The notes below the pieces were generated by a model, which was not told the origin of the DNA, did no database searches, and worked only from the letters and a program-made list of their open reading frames with translations. Of a stretch of 64,000 nt of DNA, positions 37,054 to 48,789 are shown piece after piece. The position numbers and the translations under genes were made by a program. Position 1 is the first letter of the stretch. Each line of letters opens with the position of its first letter. The DNA comes from Raja brachyura (lineage: Eukaryota): contig OY740797.1 in the NCBI GenBank assembly GCA_963514005.1, positions 20,150,001 to 20,214,000 of the forward strand, read 5' to 3'.

Positions 37054-40000
37054 CTGTAAGCAGTTTTTTAAAATACAGTTAATTAATTGTTTTACTAGCT
37101 TTTGATATTGCTTCTCAAGTCGCTTGTGAGATCGTCAGCCTTCGCTTGCTTTGATTGCTATCTATTTTGCTAATCTATCAAACAGCCTCACCTGACCATA
37201 CGTGGTTTGCACATCATCCCGTTTTCGTTTTGGATTGCAATTGGGTTTGCTCAAATGCGTGGCGTATATATAACCGATCGCAGCTTCTGCTTCCTGTATC
37301 ATTCGGAAAGAAGAGCTTTTATTATATGACTCGACGTTTTCATGTCCTTCAGTCGCATTGTAAATATATTTTCCCAAAATAAAGATGACGTGCATTAACG
37401 TATGCATTTATGTACATAAAATCGCCAATATAAAAAAGTGGCCGTCGATTTGGTGTCCAAATGGATAAATTGGGGGTACTGTGAATGGTTTTACAAGAAC
37501 TGTAGATTCAAAAGCCAAAATGTCTTTTTTTCAAATAAAATGAACAAAGGAACATAATGGCAGTGTTTTACCCGTGTACGTTTTAAGAATACGCTATTGG
37601 TTTTACACACTTGGCCATTGAAATGGCTAAGTGTGTTCACTATACATAAATAAACAGTTCGAATATGATTGTCAGATCGCTTCTTTTATAGCATTGCCCC
37701 TGTAAATGCCATGCTGCAATAAAAACATAAACATACCAGCTGCTCCTGACGATTTGGTTCACCAAAACGTTCCTCTTTATCTGGAAAAAGTGTATAAAAA
37801 AGGTAGAATTATTTACAGAATTTCAGGCAATAATTACAAATATACGTATACTCATAATGAAGCCAGAAGTGTTACTACGCTGCAGGAGTTAACCGAATTG
37901 CCTCGTGGATTCAGCATCCTTAGTTCAATTGGGAAGTTAGCAGCTTCCACTATGGAATCTTTTGATCGCATATGTTTACACTGTTGCTCCAGATTCTGCC
38001 ACACTGCATTGAACACTGGTTAGATCAAATGAACACTCTCATCTTAACTCAGAGTGGGCGATTGGCAGGAAAAAATGACGGACATAATAGGTTACAGGGA
38101 AATACGTGGGAGAGTCTGACGATAGAAGAAAACACCCTTCGGCCCACCTACATCTTCAAACGTTACCCCTCACACCTAAAGCTATACCCTCTTGTATTTG
38201 ATATTTTATTCTCGGGAAAATCGTTCTGACAGTCTACCCTTGCCTCTCCTAATTTGTATATGTTTGCATTTTCTTTATCCTGCTCATGAATTCGGACGAT
38301 CTTGTTGGCGTAGAGTGCTTGTGGTACTTGTACAGTAATTTGATCTGCCTGTTAGAGGCAATCGATAATTTGAAAGTTTATAGCAGACCATGAATCTCTG
38401 TTACCCGGCCATTGGTGACCTCGCAGTGTCCTCGATTGGTCTTTCTCCATTGTGCACTCTCAATGGACTGGCCGTTCGGGTATTACTTCCGATAAAGACA
38501 TTGATTGAACTGAGATGTTGCTGAAACAGTCGCTATCTTTGACCCCAATTACTAATATTGCATGTCATTATTATCGCTAGAACTTACCCTTATTTTTCTG
38601 TTTTCGGCATCGCAACCAAATAACGATAAGTAGCACTAAAATAAATAATCCACCCACCGCACAACCAGGAGCCACGACCGAAGAACCTGTAGGATTGGAG
38701 GAATACATGTTATGGTGGTTGCCAGCTATTCTTCACGGACGAGGGTGTGTGGGGCGGTTGGGGGTAGAGTGATGCTCAATGCTCGTGGTGAAAGTGAGAC
38801 AGGATTGGCAACTCTGCAGGAAGCACCGCAAATACGGGACAGCGTAAGATAACAAACTGTATACGCTGGACCACTTACAATGTAAGTAAAGGGCCTATCC
38901 CACTTGTGCGTCATTTGCGCGTCACGCAGATGGCGCACGAAGATTTTGTACATCCCAAAAACCTGGGGGCACCGCGCGCGACACTGCCTACGTCTCCACG
39001 CACCATGCGCGCGTCGTGCGTCGAGACGCGTAAAAGATGTCGCATAAATGACGCGCAAATAACGCCCAAGTGGGACAGGTCCTTATGTCTTACAATATAT
39101 ACCCTGAAGTAATTGAAATATCGAACAAATTTGTTATGCTGAATTGATCGTCGCAGCGAGCTGTGGGTTTTCGGACCTAAATGCTGTTGTATTGCGTGCC
39201 ATTGATGGACTGTGCGACTGCAATGGGAGGGGATGGGTGTGAATTCTACGAATTGAAGACATTTCCCCTATTCTGTCAATGTACTAAATTATACCGTGGC
39301 CGGTGGCGACAGTATTGACGCCTCAATTGAATCCTCCCTTCAATTATAAAACAAAGTGATTGTCGGTTTTAATCTGCAAAATATGTCCTTTTAGTTTAGA
39401 GGCGTTACTTTTAGAATTCCGTACTTGAATTTGTCACGGTGCCAGTGGAAGTGGATGCCGCATCGAGGAATTTAGGGAGGAGGGGTGGTTGGATTTTAGC
39501 GAAGGTGAGCACGGTAAAGCAAAGGATTCTGCATCAAGGTAAAAACCGAGGAAGCGTGAGGGAAAACCTAAGCACCTGAAATCAGTTGTGCCGCCAAGTG
39601 TGGAATCAACGGTGCATTGGAAATCATTTTTTAAAGCAACATGGAAGGAATATCAACTACCCAGTAGAAATGTAGAATGTTTACATTTGTTTTTCTATGT
39701 TGGAGAGCAAATAAGAAGTTTTAATTGATAAGATGTTTGTTACATCCGGTCTTGCAAGAGATTGGGTTTCATGTGTTTTATTAACGAAAAAGAACGGCAA
39801 CTTTCAATTGAACAAAGGCGATGTTTCCTCGCGGACAGGAACAGATAGAAATAGTAGTTTACTTTTACGTAATGGCTTTGTTGGCATCGTACGTTGGGTA
39901 CATTCGGAACCAGTGATGACAGCCTGGGCTGAAGTAGTGAGGGAGACATGAGATATTAAACAGGTATAGTTGTTATCGCTCTGAAATGGTGGCAACGCGA

Positions 40001-43000
40001 TCAAAGAGCTGGAAACCGTATACAGTCCTTCGGCGGTCTTCTTTGTTTCGATCTGTATTTCAGATGTTGTTTCGACCCCATTTTTATACCAATTAAGCGT
40101 GAAATTCTCGGGATAGAATGCAGCCGTTTCACACACATGAATACAACTCGCGGATGGATTCGTTTCACGAGTCTTGGTGAAAATGTTCAGTGGAGTTGGA
40201 AGTGCTGCGGAACAGAACATGAACACAATTAAATCACATTACGCCGTTGAAGGGGTTTCTATTATTAACCTCGAGTGCGTTGTAATAATGACGCATTGGA
40301 AAATGTATTTGATATTACCTAGACCAGGTGCTCATGCCTGATCCAAATCTCTCTTCCAGGCCGGTGTTTCACGAGTGTTGCCAATTCAGTGATAATGACG
40401 CTTCCTTCAAATATTTATGTAGGTTTATCTTGTTAGAATTTGAATAATAAATCGAATACAACTGGACATACGTTACCACGGTGGGATTCCCTGACTCAAA
40501 GATGACGATGAGTTTTCTGCACATTATTAATGATCAAGTGAGAAAGCGAGTCGGTTTTGTAGAAGAAGCAGAGCAGGGGAACAGAAAATGGCGAGGAGAA
40601 TATGTTGTTTCACCAACACATTACATCCTGTGAACTATATCAACAATTTCAGGAGAGTGCGGTTGGTGTTTGAGTTTTTGCACACATCAGTTCTCTGCGC
40701 TAATCAGTTGACAAGCAGTGAGTAGCTTGCTGGCTTTTTAACCCCTCACACCAGCTGTATTTCTAATCAAGAATTTTTAACACAAATGTATCCTGTCAGA
40801 GGGCAGCTGGGTTGAGTCAAATGCAATTTACACCCGAAAATTGCCTGGTGATTCACTTTGTGAAGTCAAATAGGGAGGAAATATTCAGTATATGAAGGTT
40901 CCACGAATATGGCAACAGGGATAGGCAAGATGGTGCAGAAGACATACCTACTTAGGCGAGGACGTAAAATATAAATGTTGGGACCTTATGTAAGAACATT
41001 ATCAAAAGCGTTAAATCAACATTTAGAGTATTCGAGGTAGTTCTGGTTGCCACATTGTACGAATGGCGTGATTGTCCCCGTCGTGGTTGTCCTGGAATGG
41101 GGAGGGGGGGTGGGTACAGAAGAGATTCGGTATGAATTTTGAATTTTCCGGGATTGACCCCGGTTTGTTTCCCTGGTGCGAACACAACCGTGGTGTGATC
41201 TGGTGGACGTATATCAAGTTACAAGATAGACAATACATGGAACGTTTTTCCCCATCGTAGAAGGCTTATGTTAAAATTAAAGGAAAGGGTTTCCAAAGGG
41301 AATCTGATATTTACACAGAGAGGTTGCTATCTGCAATTGCCATCCAGCGTAGGTGCTGTAGTCAGAGAAAATAACAGGTTAATATAAATTCACCGATATT
41401 ATTCTAACAGGCAAGTCGTGGGACCTAACCCTGGTAAATTGAATTTGAGTAGATGGAAAAATAGATCGGATGTACGTGGCGGACCGGAAGGCTGTTCATT
41501 TGCTGTGCAACTCTGAGACTCAGAGTAGCAATGTGTTCAAACCGTGTTTATGATGAGAAACGTTTTCAAGTGAATGTTCTTGAGACATACATTTCCTTTT
41601 CTTCTGCTATTGTAATGTGAATAGGTGGTAGGATTTGTGTTTCACTCTGGTAATATTTGGACACTATTTATGTGACGAGGGTTAATTCCCGGGATGGCGG
41701 GACAGTCTATGTTGAAAGAATGGAGTGACTGGGCTTGTATACACTGACATTTAGAAGGATGAGAGTGGATCTTATTGAAAGATAGAAGACTATTAAGGGA
41801 TTGGACATGTTAGAGGCAGGAAACATGTCCCGATGTTGGGGGAGTCCAGTACCAGGGGCCACATTTTAAGAATAAGGCTTAGGCCATTTAGAACGCAGAT
41901 GAAGAATACCTTTTTCACCCAGAGTTGTGTATCTGTGGAATTATCTGCCTCAAAAGACAGTGGAGGCCGATTTTCTGGATGCTTTCAAGAGAGAGTTAGA
42001 TACAGCTATTAAAGATATCGGAGTCAAGGGATATGGGGAGATGGCAGGAACGGGGTACTGATTGTGTATGATCAGCCATGATCACAGCGAATGGCGGTGC
42101 TGGCTCGAAGGGCCGAATGGCCTGAACCTATTGCCTATTGTCTATTGACATTGCTTTATCATAATTTCCCAATACAATAACAGATGTTTACCTACCTCTT
42201 TAAAATTTAACAAACGGTAACTAAAAGCCTTAGCATTTATTGAGAGAGGACTGGAATATTAAAAAAAACAGGGATGTAATGCTGCGGCTTCATAAAGCAA
42301 TGGTCAGACCGCGTTGGAGTATTGTAAACAGTTTTAGGCCCCCATATCTGAGGAGGGGTTTTCTAGCGTTGAAATTTGTTCAGATGAGATTTACGCCAAT
42401 TATCCAGGGACGATTGGGTTAACGTATATTGAACGATTGGCGGTTCTGGGCCTGTACAATCTGTAGTTTAGAAGTATGTGAAGGGGACCTTATTGAAATT
42501 TACCGAATAGTGAAGGACCTGGATAGATTGAATGTGGACAGGGTGTTTCCATGACTGGGAGTGTCTTAGACCAGTGGGCACAGTCTCATTAAAAAAAAGG
42601 ACATTCGTTTGGAAAGGAGACGAGGAATTTCTTTAGTCAGAGGGTGATGAATCTGTGGAATTAATTACCTCAGATGGGAGTGACGGCCAAGACGTCGGTA
42701 TTTTTAAAGCTGAGATTGACGGTTTTTTAATTAGTATGTATGTGAAAGGTTATGAGTCGAATACAGGAACATGAGGTTGAAAGGGAAATATTGATCAGCC
42801 ATGGGGACACAAACGGCTGGAGAAACTCAGCGGGTGCAGCAGCATGTAAGGAGCGAAGGAGATAGGCGACGTTTCGGGTCGAGACCCTTCTTCTGACATG
42901 ATTGAATAGCCCAGTTGCCTCGACGGGTCGAATTGTCTTAGTCTGCTCTTATGACTTATGAACATGAATTTATGAACTTTGTATATTAAGTTCCATTGCG

Positions 43001-43869
43001 CTTCACGTGACAATTATAACATTTAGGGAGATGAATTAGGTGATGCCAGAGTGAATTGGCGAAGGCCATTTAAAATATATGATCTGAGTAACATTCTCCA
43101 AATAAAGAAGTAGAACATGAGCATTTGTTCACGTTCAGTTAATGCTGACAACACTGGAGCGATTGCATCCTGTTTTGGGCAAAACTGCACAATTCAACCG
43201 ACTGCAACTCAATGAACATTCAAGGAAATATTTTCTTGGACTTATTGGATTTCCATAGATTAAAGATCCATTATGAACTTTGATAGAATTAAAAACAATT
43301 AATTTGATTTGATAAGCATCGCGTTTCCAATTTTGGTGAGATGAGTGAAGTGGAACCGAATTTCATAAAGGAGGATAGGCATGCGGAGTTTCAACCCTCT
43401 TGTTCGCAGAATGTAGATAGAGCGATAGAACAGATATACTGAACATTACATACACAAAAATGCATTAAAGGACATCTTCACAGTGATTCGGTTTGAAACC
43501 ATTATATTCCATGATAAATTCTTCCTTCTCCAATTATATTTCGCTTACCATATACTATTAGACGTGATCCGGTTGAATTTCTTGGAGCCATTCCTTTGCG
43601 AATCACCGAACACTGATACACACCAGAATCTTGAATCTTTGCATTCTTCAACTCAAAGTACCCGCTTGCTCGACCTCTCACGCCAAAACGTTTCCTGTCG
43701 TCGGTACCTTCACGTTGGTATTCATCCTCGCCCTGTTTCCACCATTTGACTATTACCCGAGATTGGTCTTGAGAAATGGGGAATATGCAGTAGAATGTGG
43801 CGTTCCCTCCTTTGAGTAAAATCACTTCTTTGGGCATTTGCTCTACGTTGTGTGAAATCTGTCCCCCAC
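36928..43869 (-). CDS. Gene B: VJ-C1-TM-ITIM immunoglobulin-superfamily receptor (SIRP-like/VJ-C1 type, inhibitory); 6 coding exons seen, leader exon not identified
   Basis: Exons 43869-43549 (V), 40204-39893 (C1), 38686-38588 (TM), 37780-37737, 37293-37192 and 37053-36928 have AG/GT boundaries. They join in frame (intron phases 1,1,1,0,0) without stops: GGGQISHNVEQ...DSGVYQC...STGSRLIVY-ALPTPLNIF...YTCLISHVSL...ECTQ-RSSVVAPGCAVGGLFILVLLIVIWLRCRKQKNK-DKEERFGEPNRQEQL-EAEAAIGYIYATHL...TTYGQ-TMRENSSDEVSYTNL...AEYAELKINTAE*. Confidence 0.85.
37192..37293 (-). CDS. Gene B cytoplasmic exon 2 (degenerate tyrosine motifs)
   Basis: gatacag ... CAG|gtgagg, 102 nt, phase 0-0. Encodes EAEAAIGYIYATHLSKPNCNPKRKRDDVQTTYGQ. 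Confidence 0.75.
37737..37780 (-). CDS. Gene B cytoplasmic exon 1
   Basis: ctttttccag ... CTG|gtatgt, 44 nt, phase 1-0. Encodes DKEERFGEPNRQEQL; splice sites are retained in the duplicate. Confidence 0.72.
38588..38686 (-). CDS. Gene B exon: transmembrane segment (uncharged) plus basic stop-transfer
   Basis: ctccaatcctacag ... AAGG|gtaagt, 99 nt. Encodes SSVVAPGCAVGGLFILVLLIVIWLRCRKQKNK. Confidence 0.85.
38890..39083. mobile_element. Harbinger-type MITE in the C1-TM intron
   Basis: TIRs AGGGCCTATCCCACTTGTGCGTCATTTGCGCGTCA / TGACGCGCAAATAACGCCCAAGTGGGACAGGTCCT; TAA on the left, mutated on the right. Confidence 0.8.
39893..40204 (-). CDS. Gene B exon: Ig C1-set domain
   Basis: Acceptor gttctgttccgcag. 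Motifs HVCETAAFYPENFTLNWYKNG, GLYTVSSSL, YTCLISHVSL. The donor is uncertain (C|gtacga chosen, phase 1); alternative phase-1 GT sites lie slightly downstream. Confidence 0.88.
41672..42965 (+). mobile_element. Two tandem decayed CR1 3' fragments in the V-C1 intron of gene B
   Basis: Similarity to the CR1 3' end (gatcagccatgatc...gaagggccgaatggcct, ctattg tail); second copy at about 42220-42965 with a Penelope terminal insert at about 42805-42897. Confidence 0.75.
43549..43869 (-). CDS. Gene B exon: Ig V-set domain with germline-joined J-like G strand
   Basis: Acceptor tttcctaacag, donor G|gtaagc, 321 nt, phase 1-1. B-strand Cys (NATFYC), C-strand Trp (VKWWK), DSGVYQC, then NSTGSRLIV resembling the GxGTxLxV J motif. 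Confidence 0.9.
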
Positions 43870-44669
43870 CTGTTAGGAAACACAATCAAAGAAAGGTGAT
43901 TATGTTGATGACGGCATACGGACGGTAGAATAAAAGGGACGACCTTACATGTAGCTACATTAAGGTGTAAACATGTCGGAAATTATTTTATAAGCTAAAG
44001 CAGATGGAAGAACGAACAAAGTTGTACCTGTGCAAATATTCCCAACGACTGTCAGTAAGTGAAATATCATACTGGTTTCCATATCGGCCTCCAGCTACAA
44101 CTAGTTTGTCAGCAGAAAGCAGCTTTGGAAAATGTAAAGTGAGGGCGTGGTTTACAGCCGATGAAGGATGATTCATATCCTGTTACCGAAGGTTGCAAAT
44201 AGCATTTGACTGGTTGGATTTCGAACGTCTTCCAAGATCAAATCGGCCGCACGTAGCAAAGTAGTTGAAATTATAATTTAAATGTTATTCTTCTTAGTGC
44301 GTCCTTTACCCCTACTCTGAATCTTAAATTTAATTATCGATCATATAAAATATAGAAATGACGACATCGAAAATTGTCAAGATTTAAAGCCCCAATAATG
44401 TCCACAATTTAGTTCGTTAATACCTTTGTTTTGCACCGTTCGGACTGTCATCGATATTCAAAATCAATTTATCAATAGTAAGTAGGATTGTTTTCGCAGA
44501 CTGCACAAAATAAATGCATGATACGCTGGTTGTTGACTCGAACGTGTGCTCCATCGATCAGCATCTGCTTATGTGTCAATCCGTGATCACTTGTGTTCCG
44601 GGTCGTGATCCATTGGGCGGTTGGGCAGAGGCACAGGGCCGAGCGTTGATCAAGCCGGATTCTCGTTGC

Positions 44670-45020
44670 ATCATAGAAACACAGAAAATAGGTGCAGAAA
44701 TAGGCCATTCGGTCCTTCGAGCCTGAACATCCATTCAATATGATCATGGCTGATCATTTCAACTCAGTATCCTGTACCTGCCTTCTCCCCATACCCCCTG
44801 ATCCCTTAGCCACAAGGGCCACATCTAACTCCCTCTTAAATATAGCCAATGAACTGGCCTCAACTACATTCTGTGGCAGAGAATTCCGGGGACTCACCAC
44901 TCTCTTTGTGAAAAATGTTTTCCTCATCTCGGTCCTAAGGGAATTCCCCCTTATCCTTAAACTGTGACCTGTTCAGGACCTCCCCGACATCGGGAACAAT
45001 CTTCCTGCATCTAGCCTGTC
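44670..45020 (-). mobile_element. CR1 3' fragment
   Basis: Near-identical to 2043-2400. Confidence 0.9.
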
Positions 45021-45027
45021 CTGCATC

Positions 45028-45455
45028 GTGTAGGAAAGAACTGCAGATGCTGGGTTAATTCGAAGGTAAACACAAGATGTTGGAGTAACTCAGCGGGACA
45101 GGCAGCATCTCTGGAGGGGACGAATGGGTGACGTTTCGGGTCGAGACCCTTCTTCAGACTGATGTCCGGGGAATGGGCGGGACAGAGATAGAATGCAGTC
45201 GGAGACAGTAAGACTGGTGGGAGAACTGGGAAAGGGGAGGAGATGAAGAGAGAGGGAAAGCAAGGGTTAATTGAAGTTATAGAAATATGAGGTGCTGTTC
45301 CTCCAGTTTGCGCTGGGCCTCTCTCTGATAACGGAGAAGGCCCAGGACGGAAAGGTCAGATTGGGAATTGCAGGGGGAGTTAAAGTGCTGAGCAACTGGG
45401 TAATCGGGTAGGTTAAGGCGGACTAAGCGGGGGTGTTCGGCGAAACGATCGCCAA
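45028..45455 (-). mobile_element. Penelope-like 3' fragment with terminal repeat
   Basis: FGDRFAEH...VAQHFNSP...QRKLEEQHLIF plus the gggtgacgtttcgggtcgagacccttcttcagact motif. Confidence 0.85.
45130..45157 (-). ncRNA. Minimal hammerhead-ribozyme-like motif in a Penelope terminal repeat
   Basis: Minus strand CTGAAGA-A-GGGTC-TC-GACCC-GAAAC-GTC: CUGANGA and GAAA core boxes, a 5-bp stem II and a GUC triplet. There is one extra A in the core and stem I is weak. Confidence 0.5.
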
Positions 45456-46344
45456 AAGACTCATTGCATCCTTCAACTTCACACAGCTCGGACAATCATT
45501 CCCAGCCGTTAGAACAGCTTCGTTACTCTAACGACCGACCAGCGTAATCATCTTAGGGTGGATTGAACAACGAGAATAAATAGTTTATGCGTGCAAAACA
45601 TTGTTTATGGAAACAGTACGGATTGGTGGTTGTGCTCGCATAAATATTACCTGATCAGTTTCTAATGCGCGGTATTCATGGCTTAAGCATAACTTTGAAA
45701 ACTGTAAGTGAATTCCTACCATTATCAAGTGGAAAAGCCTAACATTCGTTCTGCTGATTACATATTATCTAATCTGAAAATGCTGATCAGGAATTTCGTC
45801 CGCTCGGTGTGAAATACATATGTATTCTTTGGTTATTCCACAGTCTGGCAATTTCAGTTCTATTGGATTAGGGAATGATATGGCAATTTTCTTTCACTTT
45901 AATCAGTAATTGAAACACATGTTAAACTACGATTTGTATTTCTCTCGATAAAGGATGAACGATGTCTTTCAGTGTCGTGAACAGTTTGCACAAAACGGAC
46001 GCAGAATTATTAGCTGGAATGTGACTATCCAAATGTTGCAGTCAACGTTCTGTTCAATGTTAACAAGCATGCTATACGTACTGTTCATCAACATGAGCAA
46101 TAGTATTGCCAACGCATGGAAATCGTATATAAATTGTTGGGATCCAGCGGCTATGTGGATTACTCAAGTTATTACTTGCTGATCTAGAATTTATCACGTG
46201 TAGAATACGAGAGCATAGGTATAATAAGAGGGGTGGGGTGGTGAGAGATATAGGAGGTTTGCATTAGGAGACAAAAGCACGCCATTGGTACATGCATACA
46301 CGAAAGCAAGGCTGAAAACGTTTCACTTAATTTTCTAGTAAATA

Positions 46345-47630
46345 ATTTTCCTCTCACCTTAAACCTATGTGGCCTGGTACTGAATACCCCTACCCTGGGT
46401 AAATGACTGTGTGTTCACCTATCTGCTCCATTCGTGGTGGTATACGCCTCTACTAGATCGCCCCTCAGCCTCTTGCGCTCCAAGGAATAAACTCCTTGAC
46501 TGCCCAACATCGCCCGATAGCTCAGGCTCTCAAGTCCGGGCAACATACTTGTAAATCTTCCAACTTCACAGCATTGTTCCTGTATCAGTGTGACCAAAAC
46601 ATAACACAATCCTCCAAATGGGGCCGCCCTACTGCATTGTACAATTGTAACATAACACCCCAACTTCTATACTGAATGGACTGACTAATGAAGGCCAATG
46701 CGCCATACGTCTTCACATTCACTGTTAATGTTCTGTCCTGGTTTGACTTCCAAAAATGCATCATCTGCTACTTACCTGCATCAAACTCCAGTAACCATTT
46801 CTCAGCCCACTTGATTGCTGATCAAGATCCTACTGCAATTTATTGTGTGATAACCGTCTTCCCTATCTGCAATACCACTCACTTTAGTGTTACCTGCAAA
46901 CCTACTAATGATGCCTTGCACATTCTGATACAAATGGTTGATATGAACCACAAATTGATATGAACCTCAAGCTCCGAACCCTGAGGCACACCATTTGTCA
47001 CAGGGTTTTAGGCCAAAAAACAACCTTCTACCATCATCTTCTTCTAACTGCCATGAAACCATTCTCCATTCAGTCGGCTACTTCTCCCTAGACGCCGTGC
47101 AATCAAACCTTCCACAACAGACACCATGGAAAACAGTATCAAATGCCTTTCTGCTGCCTTGTCCTCAATGTTTAGTGCAGTTTAGTTTGGAGATACAGCG
47201 TTCTTTGGCTCACCGAGTCCACGCTGACCTACGAGCGCACATTAACACTATCAATAGACAATGGACACTAGACAATAGGTGCAGGAGTAGGCCATTCGGC
47301 CCTTCGAACCAGCACCGCCATTTAATGTGATCATGGCTGATTATCCCCAATCAGTACACCGTTCCTGCCTTCTCCCTATATCCCCCGACTCCGCTATTAT
47401 TAAGAGCCCTATCTAGCTCTCTCTTGAAAGCATCCAGAGAACCTGCCTCCACCGCCCTCTGAGGCAGATAATTCTACAGTATCCTGCACATACTGATGAC
47501 ATTTTTTACATTTATTCCAAGCCGATTAACCTTCAAACCTCTGTGTATTTTGAGTGTGAGAGGAAACCGAAGATCTTGGAGAAAATACACGCTGGTCACG
47601 GGGAGAAAGTACAAACTCCGTGAAACTGTA
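46345..47630 (-). mobile_element. Cluster of decayed CR1 fragments and a SINE fragment
   Basis: RFTSMLPGLESLSY...YSLERKRLRGDLVEAY; (gacaata)n CR1 tail at about 47250-47280; SINE body at about 47475-47630. Confidence 0.7.
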
Positions 47631-47646
47631 AGGCTCCCTGCCTGGA

Positions 47647-47830
47647 AGGGGGAGAGAGGGGGAGGGAGGGAGAGAGGGGGGTGTGTGAGAGGGAGAAATG
47701 GGGGGTTGAGACAGGGGGGGAGAGAGAGAGAGAGGGAGGGGAGGGGGAGAGGGAGAGGGGAAGGGGGGAGAGAGAGATGGGGAGGGAGAGAGAGGTGGAG
47801 GGAGAGGGAGGGGAAAGGAGGAGGGGAGAG
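47647..47830 (+). repeat. GA-rich low-complexity tract
   Basis: Direct reading. Confidence 0.9.
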
Positions 47831-48789
47831 TGAAAGTAGGATTAACTTTAGTGAGATTGCAAAATTAAGGTAGGTTTTAGAGCAATTATATTTTCTCCTC
47901 CATATGAATAATAGCAAACAATTGGAACGACTTTCTTTTCCTTGATAACAATACTGAAAAATATGTATTCCATAGTTTGTGACTTTCATTTTGCATCATA
48001 TTTTTAATGTGCGCACACTAACACAGTTGAACAGTAACAGGCGATCAAATCAACACACAAAACATTTTCTAAATAAATTTGTTTACTGCAAAAACTTACA
48101 GCATTTTATTTGCAGTGTTTGCATGCTCCTTTATAACATTTACATAACATTTTACAGCACAACTTGATTATTAAAACAATGACCCCAATCATCCCATTCC
48201 AACCACTCATTACTCTTGACTCAACCAAAATTATTTCTGAAATATTGGTCATAAATTTGGTGCAAAAATGCTCCAAAATAAGGCTCAGAATACACCAGAG
48301 AGCATCTAAAACCCGGCCACAAACGTCTTTGAGCTTTGAGCTTGTGATATGCACTGCATGCACGTATTTCACATAACATTTTGGCATCTTGCCATGTCAC
48401 CCCCCTTTTTGAAAAGCTTCGTACGGGCCTGGTGTATAATTTTTTTTTTCTATTTAAAAAAATAAATACATTTGTATAATATTTTTGACACTGTCATAGG
48501 CCTTTCTTACATATGCTGTCACAACGCACTGTAGGCTCTAAACAACACTTCAGTGATTTTCCTTGCCCATTTCAGAATAATAATGTTTTAAGCCAATAAC
48601 TTGACATTAGCACTGGCAATAAATAAAAAGCACAGCTTTCCAGCCCTTATCTCATTGGCCACGCTCGGCTGCACATCACTGTCAATCTGGTGGACTCTTC
48701 CATCTTCCTCTCGTCATGGGGTTGGGGGATTGGGAGGGGCCTCACAAGTGGAATAGCCTAGGGCCTCTCTTAATCCAAATCTGGCCCTG

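Larger units (their letters stand above)
27384..39855 (+). repeat. Segmental duplication copy 1 (L1 + Penelope remnant + gene B 3' half)
   Basis: Colinear, high-identity match to 54899-64000 across repeat and unique sequence; offset about 24 kb; contains an extra 3.2-kb L1. Confidence 0.95.

Noticed and set aside
43479-43485. Perfect RSS heptamer CACAGTG 64 nt from the V exon end
   Set aside because: No ACAAAAACC-like nonamer at 12- or 23-bp spacing, it is not adjacent to the coding end, and the V already contains its J-like strand.
43870-46340. Candidate leader exons for gene B (donors near 43948, 44423, 45650, 45719)
   Set aside because: None gives an ATG-initiated hydrophobic signal peptide in phase 1 without a stop; the leader remains unidentified.
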